This document shows positions 26,245 through 38,601 of a DNA stretch of 64,000 bases, piece by piece. The stretch comes from Octopus vulgaris. Lineage: Eukaryota. A model generated the notes under the pieces. The model was not told where the DNA came from. It was given only the letters and a program-made list of their open reading frames with translations, and ran no database searches. The stretch is taken from contig OX597819.1 in assembly GCA_951406725.2 (NCBI GenBank), forward strand, positions 70,184,001-70,248,000, written 5' to 3'. Both the position numbers and the translations under genes were made by a program. How positions within the stretch are numbered: the stretch's first letter is position 1; the number at the start of each line of letters is the position of its first letter.

Positions 26245-26930
26245 CCCATTAGTTATTATAAAGAATAGAATGTTTTGAATGACACAGCAATGCACTATAA
26301 TACAAACAATGGACTATAAAAATTGTTGTAATTTAATCATGCATAGTCTGATATGATATTTCATAATAAAAAGTTGTGTGGTAAGTAATTTGCTTACCAA
26401 CAACATGGTTCTGGGTTCAGTCCCTCTGTGTGGCACCTTGGGCAAGTGTCTTCTACTATAGCCTCAGGCTGACCAAAGCCCTGTGAGTGGATTTGGTAGA
26501 CAGAAACTGAAAGAGGCCCATCATATATATGTATATATGTGTGTGTATATGTTTGTGTGTCTGTGTTTGTCCCCCCAACATCGCTTGACAACCGATGGTG
26601 GTGTGTTTACATCCCCGTAACTTAGCGGTTCGGCAAAAGAGACTGATAGAATAAGTACTAGGCTTACAAAGAATAAGTCCTGGGGTCGATTTATTTGACT
26701 AAAGGCGGTGCTCCAGCATGGCCATAGTCAAATGACTGAAACAAGTAAAAGAGTAAAGAGTATCCCTAGAAATTGATGGAGTCGCTGCTATAATCAAATG
26801 CCAAACAAACTTTCTTAGATGGTGCTTAAAAAAACAACATAATTCCCAACACCATCAGGAACCAGGAGTAGTTATTATATTTCTGTTGAGATACACAGCC
26901 TTCATTTCGGTCATATTTGAAAAATTACAA

Positions 26931-27175
26931 AGAATTCAAATCAGACCATGTTAACATCACAACTTATTTACATCAAAAAGGTGCTTTTTTTCTATGAAAA
27001 TCCCTATTTTTTACGATTTTTGACTGCTGTATCACCATTTTTCGGTGTATTTCAACCAGAAAAATGTTCACTTAAAGACTATAACAAGCTACATAGTGCA
27101 ATATTTTTACTTTTCAAAAATTTCAATTCTAAAGGGTCGAAACAAAGCCGAGCAATGCCGGGCGATACTGCTAGT
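26931..27175 (-). mobile_element. Helentron/Helitron-like non-autonomous element, partial (homolog of 61933-62320)
   Basis: Terminal actagcagtatcgcccggcattgctcgg with hairpin; inserted at a TA tract. Confidence 0.6.
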
Positions 27176-27210
27176 ATATATACACATATATATATATATA
27201 TACATGTATG

Positions 27211-27268
<58 letters not shown>

Positions 27269-27291
27269 TATATATATGTATACACACACAC

Positions 27292-27330
<39 letters not shown>

Positions 27331-27388
27331 CATGTATGGAAAAAAACACAAAAGAGAAAATGCTAAAATAATTTTATAAAAAACATTT

Positions 27389-27424
27389 CAGTACCAGTTT
27401 CGGTCATTGAGACTTTTTCAGCTG
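27389..27424 (-). ncRNA. Minimal type I hammerhead-like motif (C3/A8 core mismatch)
   Basis: cag-CTGAAAA-agtc tcaat gacc-GAAA-ctgg-TA-ctg. Confidence 0.5.
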
Positions 27425-27754
27425 TAAGTATGGAAGACAATTAAATTTGGGAAAAATTAAATAAAAAGTATTTTAAAAGAATGTTTGCATAGTATTCAAA
27501 TACAAGGGGCATTTTCCTTGTTTCTGCCTGCTTCTGTCTCTCTTGTTTACTCTTGTTGGTAACATATGGTAGAATTATAAACAGGCGCAGGAGTGGCTAT
27601 GTTGTAAGTAGCTTTTTTACCAACCACATGGTTCCGGGTTCAGTCCCACTGCATGGCACCTTGGGCAAGCGTCTTCTACTATAGCCTCGGGCCGACCAAA
27701 GCCTTGTGAGTGGATTTGGTAGACGGAAACTGAAAGAAGCCCGTCGTATATATG

Positions 27755-27817
<63 letters not shown>

Positions 27818-28049
27818 TTGTTCCCCTAACATTGCTTGACAACCGATGCAGGTGTATTTATGTCCCAGTTACTTAGCGGTTCGGCAAAAGTGACCGATAG
27901 AATAAGTACTGGGCTTACAAAAGAATAAGTCCCGGGGTCGAGTTGCTCGATTAAAGGCGGTGCTCCAGCATGGCCACAGTCAAATGACAAACAAGTAAAA
28001 GAGGGCAAATTTTAGCCTTTTCTCATAGACTGAAAATAATGATGAACAA

Positions 28050-28090
28050 CCTTAATTGATCTTCAAACCTTACAGGGTTCTCATCAGAGG
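28050..28090 (-). ncRNA. Type I hammerhead relic (GAAA->GAAG)
   Basis: cct-CTGATGA-gaacc ctgtaa ggttt-GAAG-atcaat-TA-agg. Confidence 0.55.
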
Positions 28091-28268
28091 CATCTACATC
28101 ATTCTGTCAGTCTTCAGAGAAACAGGCAGCCAAACTGTTTATATACTCAACAAATGCATTAGTTACTCTATGAAGGAGTTCCTAATTTGCATACTGAAAG
28201 TGTTTAACACTCTATAAATACCAGTGGCCTGTCAGCAGGGATCTTTGTTCACATAGTATCAAGGTATG

Positions 28269-28329
<61 letters not shown>

Positions 28330-28516
28330 CAGGCTTCTTTCAGTTTCTGTCGAACAAATCCACTCAAAGGATTTGGTCAGCCCAAGGCTATAGCAGAAGA
28401 CACTTGACCCGGAACCATGTGGTTGGAAGCAAGCTTCTTACCACACAACCACACCTCTGCCTAGAGAAGATAAAAAAAACAAAAACAAAATTTTTAAAAA
28501 ATGTTTTCTGGCTTAC

Positions 28517-31033
28517 CTGTTTCATGATGCCATATATATCTGAACTACTTTTGCTGAGTTCCAAGTTGAAATCAACCTTCTTCTGGTTCAAGGTCAAAAT
28601 CTCAGAGACTGTATCCTTCTCCTCATTGTGGTCATTTGACTGACTAAAGTCAGTTTGGTCAAGATCTGAATTGGGACTTACAAGTGGTTCTATTCCTGTA
28701 TCGAGTCCAGAATCACTTGGAGGTTCTATACTACTTTTGGTTTCTTTGGAGTCAGATTCACTATTGGTAAGAGCTGATTCCAGGCATTGTTGTGGTATCT
28801 CGTTGTTGTTTTTGCAACTGTTAACATTAGTGACAACCTCTCCTGAAATCTCAGGAATGGTGGAGGCAACTTCCTGGGACTTATTTGGCTCTGGAGCCGG
28901 AGCAGTATTTTGATCTGTCTGTAGTTCTGAATTTGTAAGGCCAAGGTGAGGTTTCAACGCCAGAGGCGGAAGGCCGGATGTTGGTGCAGTCACTCTCAGT
29001 GGTCTGGTTAGTGAAGATGAAGACGAGGAAGAAGACAAAAGTGAAGACAAAGGAGAAACAGCAGAGGAGGAACTATCCGATGTTGAAGTTGAAGTGGGGT
29101 TGGTGGCAGTGATGCTGGTGGTGGCAGTGGTGGTGGTGGTCGTTGTTGTTGTCTTCGCTGAAAGTTTGGACGGTGAAGCTGGCAATGGGTGTGAAGCTTG
29201 AGCCAAAGACAGTGGTCTTTTAAGTGGTTGGAAGACAGGAGAAGATCCAGAAACTGCTGATGATGATGATGTTGATGATGGAGAAAACGAGCTCTGGGGT
29301 CGCTTAAACTTACTAGATACTTCTGCAGCGACTGCTGCTGCTGATGCTTTTGATGTTGTTGTTAGTCGCGTTGATCTTCGGACAACAGGACGATCAGCTT
29401 CAGCTTCAGTTGAAGCAGTAGAAGTAAGAGCTTTAACAGTGGTAGTAGTAGTAGCAGTACCAGTAGTAGTAGTAGTTGTAGTAGCAGCAGCAGTCTGTGA
29501 AGGTTGTGTTAATTTTTTACCAACACTGCCGGCAGCAGCAGTAGCAGCAACTAAAGGTGCGTTGCTGTCAGTGCATGATGCAGAAGTCTTAGGATTATCC
29601 TCAGCTGCACACGGCTCACTCAAGCCGCTCAACCTGTTGGTTTTATCCTCCCCAACACCTCTTCCCTCCTGCTTCACCTCCTTCACTTTCTCTTTGCCTT
29701 CCTTCTCACCTTTATCCCTCCTCTCACTCTTACCTTCACCCTTCTGAGACTTCTCCTTTCTGTTGCTCACACCATCATCATTACTCTCTCTTCTCGCCTT
29801 ACTCCTACTATCATCATAACTACCCTTCCTCTTCCCCACCTCTGGGATGTCCTCCTTCTCTTCTTTCTCTTTATCTATTCTTCCTACCCTCTCCTTCTTT
29901 TCCTTCTCTTTATCTATTTTTCCTACCTTCTCCTCTTCCTTCTCTTTATTTGTTTTTCCTACCCTCTCCTTCTTTTCCTTCTCTTTATCTATTTTTCCTA
30001 CCTTCTCCTCTTCCTTCTCTTTATTTGTTTTTCCTACCCTCTCCTCCTCTTCCTTCTCTTTATCTATTTTTCTTACCCTCTCCTTTTCTTCCTTCTCTTT
30101 ATCTATTTTTCCTACCCTCTCCTTCTCTTTATCTATTTTTCCTATCCTCTCCTTCTCCTCTTCCTTAGTTCCACTCCTTGTCTGAGGAACTTGTTTAAGA
30201 CATTCACCTGTAGACGACCGAGAACGAGGACTGGGGGAAGTTACGTTGTTCTTGTTGCTGTTGTCTTTGTTGATATCATGGTTATCCCCTTCATGGTGGC
30301 CAGGTCGACAATGAAGGGGATCATGCAGTGTGTCCTGATCCTTATTTTTTTCATCTTTCTTGTCGTCTCCACCATGCTGCCCTTGGTTACCACCGTCGTC
30401 ATCACCACCACCACCACCACAACCACGATCAGCTTTGCCTTTGTCATCTTCAATCTTCTTATCATTGTCATGGTACTTTAGAGAACTGATCATTGACCGA
30501 GACCTTTGTTGTCGTTGGAGCACTTCATTATGTTTCTCTTGTTCTTGTTGCTGTAGCATAGACTTCACATCCTTTAAGCCACTTCCCCGTCTTCTAAAAA
30601 CCCTCTCTAATTCTGACTCTTTGGAAGCGTCAGCCTCTTTCTCTAAACCCAATTTTCCTCCCAAACCCTGTATTCCACTCTCATCCGCTACAGTCCATCT
30701 TCTTGAGTCCTTCATCGCACCACCTCCAGTACGCAATACAGCCTCTTCTTTTTCTGCTCCCCTGACATTACCTCCTCCTCTCTCTGTGAGCATTGTCTTT
30801 GCTTTCTTCACCTCCTCCTTTTCCTCCTCTGTCAAGGTAACAGGTAAGTCTTTCTTCTTTGTCCGTCGTTTTTCTTTCCAATTTTCCAGATAGTTGTCGT
30901 TATCAATTGGGAGGCTTTCGTTGTCCCCCAGCATCTTTTCCGCAGATAGGAAAAAAAAAAGGTTGTTAAAAAAAAAAATAATTGCCAAGCCAATTATTGA
31001 GATTATCGTTAATCTGCAGTAATCCAGTTCATC
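28517..31033 (-). CDS. Large coding exon (2517 nt, phase 0-0) of an unidentified gene; disordered Lys/Glu-rich, tandem-repeat and Ser/Thr/Pro-rich region; possible start ATG at 30934
   Basis: 883-codon stop-free frame. Acceptor ttatttctttttttcttttatctttgcag|GAT at 31034/31033 and donor CAG|gtaagc at 28517/28516 are both in frame. Internal repeats vary only in multiples of 3. ATG context is aaaagATG. No recognisable folded domain. Confidence 0.85.
29858..30165 (-). repeat. Coding minisatellite, 8 units of about (EK)EKERVGKIDK
   Basis: Repeated ttctctttatctatttttcctaccctctcc units of 30-39 nt, all frame-preserving. Confidence 0.9.
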
Positions 31034-31079
31034 CTGCAAAGATAAAAGAAAAAAAGAAATAAGTAAAACAGATAACTAG

Positions 31080-31615
31080 ACAAAGAGAAAATGAGTGAGA
31101 AGGAAAGCAAGATAGAAAGAGACAGGGAGAGAGATGAAGAGAGGGGGAGAAGGAGTGAGGGGAGAAGAAAAGAGAGAGGATGAGAAGGAGAGAGGACAAG
31201 AAGGAGAGAGATGAAGAGAGGGGGAGAAGGAGAGAGGGGAAGAGAGATGAAGAGACAGAGAGGGAGAAGATGAGAGGAGAAAGATGAAGAGATAGAGGGG
31301 GAAAAGAAAGGAGAGATGAAGAGAGAGAGAGAAAGAAGGAGAGATGAAGAGAGAGAGGGAGAGAAGAAAGGAGAGAGGAGGAGAAAGGAGAGAGATGAAG
31401 AAAGAGACAGAGGGAGAAAGAAAGGAGAGGGAGAGAGATGAAGAGAGAGAGTGGGAGAAGAAAGGAGAGAGAGAGATGAAGAGGGAGAGAGGGTGAGAAG
31501 AGAGGAGGAGAGAGATGAAGAGAGAGAGGGAGGAAGAAGAGAGAGGGAGGGAGAAGAAAGAGAGAAGAAAGGGAGATGAAGAGAGAGATGGAGAAGAAAG
31601 AGAGAGAGAGAGAGT
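31080..31615. repeat. Homopurine (GA-rich) low-complexity tract
   Basis: About 530 nt of almost pure A/G. It reads as a polypyrimidine tract on the gene strand just upstream of the exon acceptor. Confidence 0.95.
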
Positions 31616-32214
31616 TTTTTAAAAATCTACAGAATGGGCATAGTGAATGACAAGAGAGTATGAGGTAAACGTGTGTGTGTGCGTGTGTGTGTGTGTGGAG
31701 AGAGGAAAGTAGATGATGAGGAGGTGGAAGAAGTGGAGAAACAGAATTAATGATATAACACTAACAATGTAAACATAAGATGGAAAGACGTGGAAGACAA
31801 AAGAAACAAAAAGGGACAAACGTAAAAGATGATGACAGCCACGATGGTAATGATGATGACGACAATGGTGGCGATGATGATGATCATAATGACGGTGATG
31901 ATCATGACAGAATAACCCAAACACGAAATTACCAAAAAATAGGGGGAAAAAATGGTTAAATTCACAAAATGAGTATCATAATAATGATATTGTTCTTAGC
32001 TACAAAAAGTTAACAAAAAACTGATTTTGTGTCACATTCTCAAAGGCACAAATTTTGTGGGAATGGGTATAAAAGATCATAACTCTATGGTTTCTCTAGA
32101 GAGGGACATCTACAGTCAACTTCAGTAGGAATTGAACACAAAGTACGAAGATATGTGAGTTAAATACAGTTTTATTTCTGATTTTCTACTGTGCCTGAAA
32201 CAAAACCCAATCTA

Positions 32215-32850
32215 TCCATCCATCATATTGAATCCAGGTTTTGTCCCCATTAACAAGGGTGGCCAGTTCGATCTCAATGCCATAGCGACCACCCTTACAC
32301 CATCTCACCATCTTGCCTGGCTTTGGGCGTCCTCTCTCTCAAGCTAACCCTCCCCATCTCCTCCACATTTTCCTTGGTCTACCTGGCTTTCACACTGTTT
32401 ACCTCAAACGCAATCACCCTCTTCAGAACATGCTCCTCATCCCACCTCAACACATGCCCACACCACCTCACTCCATTCACCCTTGCCAGTCATTCTACCT
32501 ATTCGTCCAACCCCAGCATCCCCATCAAATCCTTAGTCCTCTTCTTATCAAACAGCCTCATGCCACACATTTTTCTCACCATTGCTCTCTCAGTCCTTCT
32601 CAAAATTGCCATCTCTCTCTCTCTCTCAAACACCAGGTCTCACTTCCATACAGCATTGCAGATCTCACACAACTCCTATAGAACCTTTCTTTCATCTTCA
32701 ATGAGAACCTTTTCCCATATAACAACGCTCCACATTCCCTAACTTCACCCAGCCAAGTCTCACTCTTGCAGTCACAGCTGCTTCACATCCACCACTTACA
32801 TCCACCTTATCTCCCAAATAACAAAACCCTCTCACCGTCTCCACCTTGTC
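32215..32850 (-). mobile_element. RTE LINE 3' fragment (second family); related 3' end at 47359-47440
   Basis: Minus translation VETVRGFCYLGDKVDVSGGCEAAVTARVRLGWVK; (gat)n tail. Confidence 0.85.
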
Positions 32851-33106
32851 ACATTAATGATAATTCTTTCTACTATAAGCATGAGGCCTGAGATTTGTGG
32901 GGAGGGGACAAGTCGATTACATCAACCCCAGTACTCCACTGGTACTTAATTTACTAATCCTGAAAGGATAAAAGGCAAAGTCAACCTTGGTGGAATTTGA
33001 AATCAGAAAGTAAGGACAGACAAAATACCATGAAGCATTTCGCCCAGCATGCTAACAATTCTGCCAGCTCACTGCCTTTGCATAATAATAATAATAATAA
33101 ATAATG

Positions 33107-33153
<47 letters not shown>

Positions 33154-33156
<3 letters not shown>

Positions 33157-33582
33157 GATCCTGAAATAGAAACTGGCAAAATGTGGAACCTCAAAACTAA
33201 AATAATACCTGTTGTCATAGGTGCCCTAAGAATGATAGCAAAAGGGGCTGATTGTTACCTACCTCAAATACCAGGAAACCACCACCACCCCGCCAAATGG
33301 TAGAAATTCAAAAGATAGTGCTCATGGGAACCCTAATTCATATCCTACATAAAATACTTTCTATGTAATCTCAAATTTTAAAACAAACTCATAATTTTCT
33401 GATGTTTTCTTAAACATTCTCTAGAACAATACTATGTACAAAACCAAATATATGACACCCTAGGCATAACACCAACATGAACTTCTAACTTGTTGTCTCT
33501 TGAGGTCTCTGGGTGAGATTTGGAGCCAACTTGTATAAATACAAACCAAAAGTCAAACATAAAATAATAATAATAATAATAA
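33154..33582 (+). mobile_element. R4/Dong-like LINE 3' end inserted in (TAA)n
   Basis: KDPEIETGKMWNLKTKIIPVVIGAL is an RLE C-terminal motif; (taa)n on both sides. Confidence 0.8.
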
Positions 33583-34123
33583 TCCTTCTACTATAGCCAC
33601 AAGGCCTGAAATTTTGGGGGAGGGAGCAGTCGATTAGATCGACCCCAGTATGCAACTGGTACTAAATATATTGACCCCCGAAAGGATGAAAGGCAAAGTT
33701 GACGACTTTAGCAGAATTTGAACTCAGAACGTAAAGACAGATGAAATACCAGTAAGCATTTCGCCCAGTGTGCTAACGATTCTGCCAGCTCGCTGCCTTA
33801 CCTTAAATGATAATAATAATAACTTTTTTTTTAATTTTGAGCTCAAGGCCAGCAATTTTAGAGATGGGGTACTTGATTACATTGACTCCAAACCTCAACT
33901 GGTACTTATTTTATCATACCTAGAATGAGTCACAGACATAATCAACCCCAGCAGAATTTGATCTCAGAACGTAAAGAATCAAAAGGAATACAATTAACCA
34001 TTTTGTCTGATGCAGCATTGATTCTGCCAGCTTACAACCATTTGAATAAGACCCCTGGCAGAGACTGAAACCTCTTATAATAATAATAATAATGATGATG
34101 ATAATAATAATAACAATAATAAC

Positions 34124-34159
<36 letters not shown>

Positions 34160-34719
34160 TAGGTGAGCATTAATAAGCGATGGAGGTTGAGGGACACACA
34201 GCAGATTGATAAATAGTGAGGGTTAGGGTAGGAGGTGGTGTAAGGTGGACATATGTCTGTGTGTCACTTTGATTAGCTCTCAAGTATATGCAGGTAAATT
34301 CCTGCATATAACTTTTAGACAGAGGTGGATTCATGTATATACCTGCCTGGATTAATTTAATTAAGGTTCAGTCTTTGAAGGAGATAAACAAGAGGTATAA
34401 ATATTTAAAATCAACTTATACTCATAACATTTCTCTGTAAAAAGGATTTTTAAGCTGTACACAAGACCACATACGTTTCAAGAAATATAAAAAGTTAATT
34501 GAATCAAACCCTGGTGTATGACTGGTACTTATTTTATCAACCCCAGGAAAGATCATCATCATTTAACATTCGTTTTCCATCATAATCATTTAACATCCAG
34601 TTTGACAGAAGCTGGCAAGCTGGAGAGTTGCACCGGGCTCCAGTTTTCTGTTGTGACATGGTTTCTATGCCTGGATGCCCTTCCTAATGCCAACCACTTT
34701 ACAGAGTGTGTTGGGTGCA

Positions 34720-35415
34720 TTTTACGTGGGACCAACACCAGTGCTTTTCATGTGGGATCAGCATGAGTGCTTTTTATATGACACAAGCATGGGCGATTTC
34801 TACATGACACTAGCACAGATACCTTTACATGGCACCAGCACAAGTGCTTTTTATGTGAGACCAGCACAGGTGCTTTTTATATGGCACCAGCACAGGTATT
34901 CTTTATGTAGCACCAGCACAATGCTTTTTATGCGGCACCAGCACAGGTGCTTTTTATGTGGCACCAGCACAGGTATTCTTCATGTAGCACCAGCCAATGC
35001 TTTTTATGTGGCACCAGCACAGGTGCTTTTTATGTGGCACCAGCACAGGTGCCTTTTACATGGAACCAGCACAGGTACTTTTTATGTGGCACCAGCACAG
35101 GTGCTTTTTATGTGGCACAAACACTGCTTTTTACATGGCACAAGCACAGAGCTTTTTATGTGGAACCAGTGCAGGTGCTTTTTATATGGCACCAATACAG
35201 GTGCTTTTTACGTGGAACCAGCACAGGTACATTTTATGTGGCACCAGCACAGGTACTTTTTACGTGGCACAAGCACAGTGCTTTTTATGTGGCACCAGCT
35301 CAGGTACTTTTTACATGGCACCAGCACAGGTGCTTTATATGTGGTACCAGTACAGGTGCTTTTTATGTGGAACCAGGTGCTTTTTATGTAGTACCAGGTG
35401 CTTTTTATGTGGTGC
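34720..35415. repeat. ~26-bp minisatellite (gtggcaccagcacaggtgctttttat)n expanded from the RTE 3' UTR
   Basis: Roughly 25 tandem units contiguous with the RTE tail at 34555-34720. Confidence 0.9.
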
Positions 35416-35439
35416 ATGGACACACGAACATACACACAC

Positions 35440-35478
<39 letters not shown>

Positions 35479-36215
35479 TGGCAGGCATCTTTCAGTTTCT
35501 GTCTACCAAATCCACTCACAAAGCTTTGGTCAGCCTGAGGCTATAGTAGAAGACACTTGCCCAAAGTGCCATGCAGTGGAATTGAACCAGGAACCATGGG
35601 GTTAGGAAGAAAACCTCTTACAACATAGCCACGCCTGCACCTATATGTTAAAATTCCTTATTTATTATTTGGGATGAGTTACTTGGCAATTTTGACCTGA
35701 GCCAATCATAGTCACATTCCTTTCATATTTCAACAAGAACACAAAAAGATAACAAAGAAAATGCAATAAAAAAACAAATAGACAAAACCGCAAATATTAT
35801 TTGCTGTTAAATGAAAGCATGGAGGGAATTTGTCATGTACTCTTGCTAGAAATATAGCACAAGTGAATTCGAAGACCCAGTTTAATAAACAGATATTCAA
35901 AGACCCAGTTTAAGAAATAGATATCAATATAATATGGAGTAGGGTCAGTTGTAGTGGTTTTTGACTAGGGTCCATATGGGCCTTGGAGTTTTCTATAAAA
36001 TTTTGTTCTTAAAATTTATCTGCAATAAATTGGTTATATTTCTATAATTCTTTTATTCTTTTACTTGTTTCAATCATTTGACTGTGGCCATGCTAGAGCA
36101 CTGCCTTAAAGGGTCTTAGTTGAACAAATTAACCCTAGGAGCTATTCTTTGTTATGCCAAACCACTACGTTATGGTTGTCAAGCAATGGAGGGTAGGCAA
36201 ACACAAACACACACA

Positions 36216-36248
<33 letters not shown>

Positions 36249-37513
36249 GGCTTCTTTCAGTTTCTGTCTACCAAATTCACTCACAAGCCTTTGGTCGGAC
36301 CGGGGCTAGCGACGGAGACCTTTGGAGATATGTTGTGCTTGAGAAGACCTGGCAAGCCAAGTGAGACCATAACCCATGGCCTATGCCAGTGGGTGTAACC
36401 AGCCCACATATGAGTATCCCTCATTCATTGGACAATGAACTCTGCTTGTAAAAACCTATTGAGGCAAGTGTAAACAAATCAAAATCACTGATGAGGCCGA
36501 TAATAGTACCGCTTGATTGGCACACATGAAAGTGGAATATTAAAAGCACCATCTGAGCATGATCATCACCAGGGCTACTGATTGGCTCCCATGCCGGTGG
36601 CACATAAAAAGCACCATTCGAGCATGATCATCGCCAGTGTCGCCTTACCGGCACATGAAAAACAACATTCGAGCATGGTCATTGCCAGACCCACCTGACT
36701 GGCCCTTGTGCCGGTGGCACGTAAAAGCACCCACTACACTCACAGAGTGTTTGGCATTAGGAAGGGCATCCAGCTGTAGAAACGTTACCAGATAAGATTG
36801 GAGCCTGGTGCAGCCTTCTGGTTCACCAGTCCTCAGTCAAACCGTCCAACCCATACCAGCATGGAAAGTGGTCATTAAACAATGATGATGATGATGTTTG
36901 TGTGAACATGTGGAAGAGTGTGTAAGTGTGTGTGTGTGAGTGTGTAAGACTTTGTGAGTGTATGTGAGTCTGTAAATGTAACTCTGTGTATGTGAGAGTG
37001 TGCACACATGAGCTTGTCATATGTCATGTAAACATGTTTATATAAACATTTAAACTTTGCTTGCTTTACATATGACAAATATATATCATGTTCTACACAA
37101 ACTTCTGACAAAAGGATACATTTCGAAACTTGTATGTATTTATACAACCAAAGAAGCATGCATGCACATATATATACATCTATACAGGCATATACACACA
37201 CACACATGTATATATACATATATTTATTTATACACACACACCTGAACAGATCTCTTTGTGTATGTATATATTGCTGCATTATATAAAATAGGTCAATAGG
37301 TTAATATGAATGAGTAAGATTATGTTTGCATATATATATATATATAATGCATATAGGTGCAGGAGTGGCTGTGGTAATCAGCTTACTTCTCTACCACATG
37401 CTTCCGGGTTCAATTCCACTACGTGGGACCTTGAGCAAGAGTCTTGCACTATCGCCTCAGCCCAACTAAAGCCTTGTGAGTGATTTGGTACACAGAGACT
37501 GAAAAAAGCCCAT

Positions 37514-37547
<34 letters not shown>

Positions 37548-38565
37548 TGTATGTGTGTATGTATGTATTTGTGTGTCTGTGTTTGTCCCCCCACCATCGC
37601 TTCACAACCAATGTTGGTGTATTTATGTCCTCGTAATTTAGCGGTTCGGCAAAAGAGACCGATAGAATAAGCACTAGGCTTACAAAGAAGAAGTCCTGGG
37701 GTTGATTTGTTCAACTAAAGGTGGTGCTCCAGCATGGCTGCAGTCTAATGACTGAAAAGAATAAAATAATATATATATATATATATATATGTATATTCAT
37801 AGGTGCAGGAGTACTTAGAGTAAAAAGAATAGATACCTATACACACACATACATACATACATGCACACAAATACTTACATACACACACATGCATACATAT
37901 GTACAAACAAACATACATTCATACATATACACATGCATACATACACATACGTACATGCATATATACATACATACACATATACACACCTACATACACATAC
38001 ATACACACATACATACATACATACATACATACATGCATATATACATACATACACATATTCACACACCTGCATACACACACACACATACATACATACATAC
38101 ATACATACATACATACATACATACGTACATACATACATACATAAATACATACATACTCGCATGCATACACACGCATTGATACACACACACACACGCACAC
38201 AGACACACAGAGTTAAATACGATACAAGTGAAAACCCTGTATTATGCAAAGCTCATCCAGAGTTATTGGCTACCTAATGTCATCATTAAGTGAAAATGCT
38301 TCTGCTATTGAATATACATCAGGAATTTCATAGCATCCATAGCAATTATATAAATAGATAAACAATATAAAATGGAATGAAGGACATAGCTTATTTACAG
38401 TCACTACAATTGTTTCAACACATTTTTACATCTGTATTATATTGGTGAGATGTTATGTAATCATACATACACGTATGATTGCATGTATGTATATAAATTT
38501 ATATTAGCTGACTCTTATATGCACTAAGTCACTCACGGGTACTGACTTATACATAAATATGCGTG

Positions 38566-38601
<36 letters not shown>

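Noticed and set aside
28388-28516. C-terminal 42 codons of the 883-aa ORF and its TTG start
   Set aside because: They lie beyond a consensus donor and run into a SINE; the TTG is part of the acceptor
34675-35605. Repetitive ORFs and a CRISPR-like array
   Set aside because: Tandem minisatellite without unique spacers, no cas genes, eukaryotic context
36488-36535. CTGATGA...GAAA (also isolated CTGATGA at 47350, 12403 and 29256)
   Set aside because: No consistent helices; chance matches or (gat)n repeats
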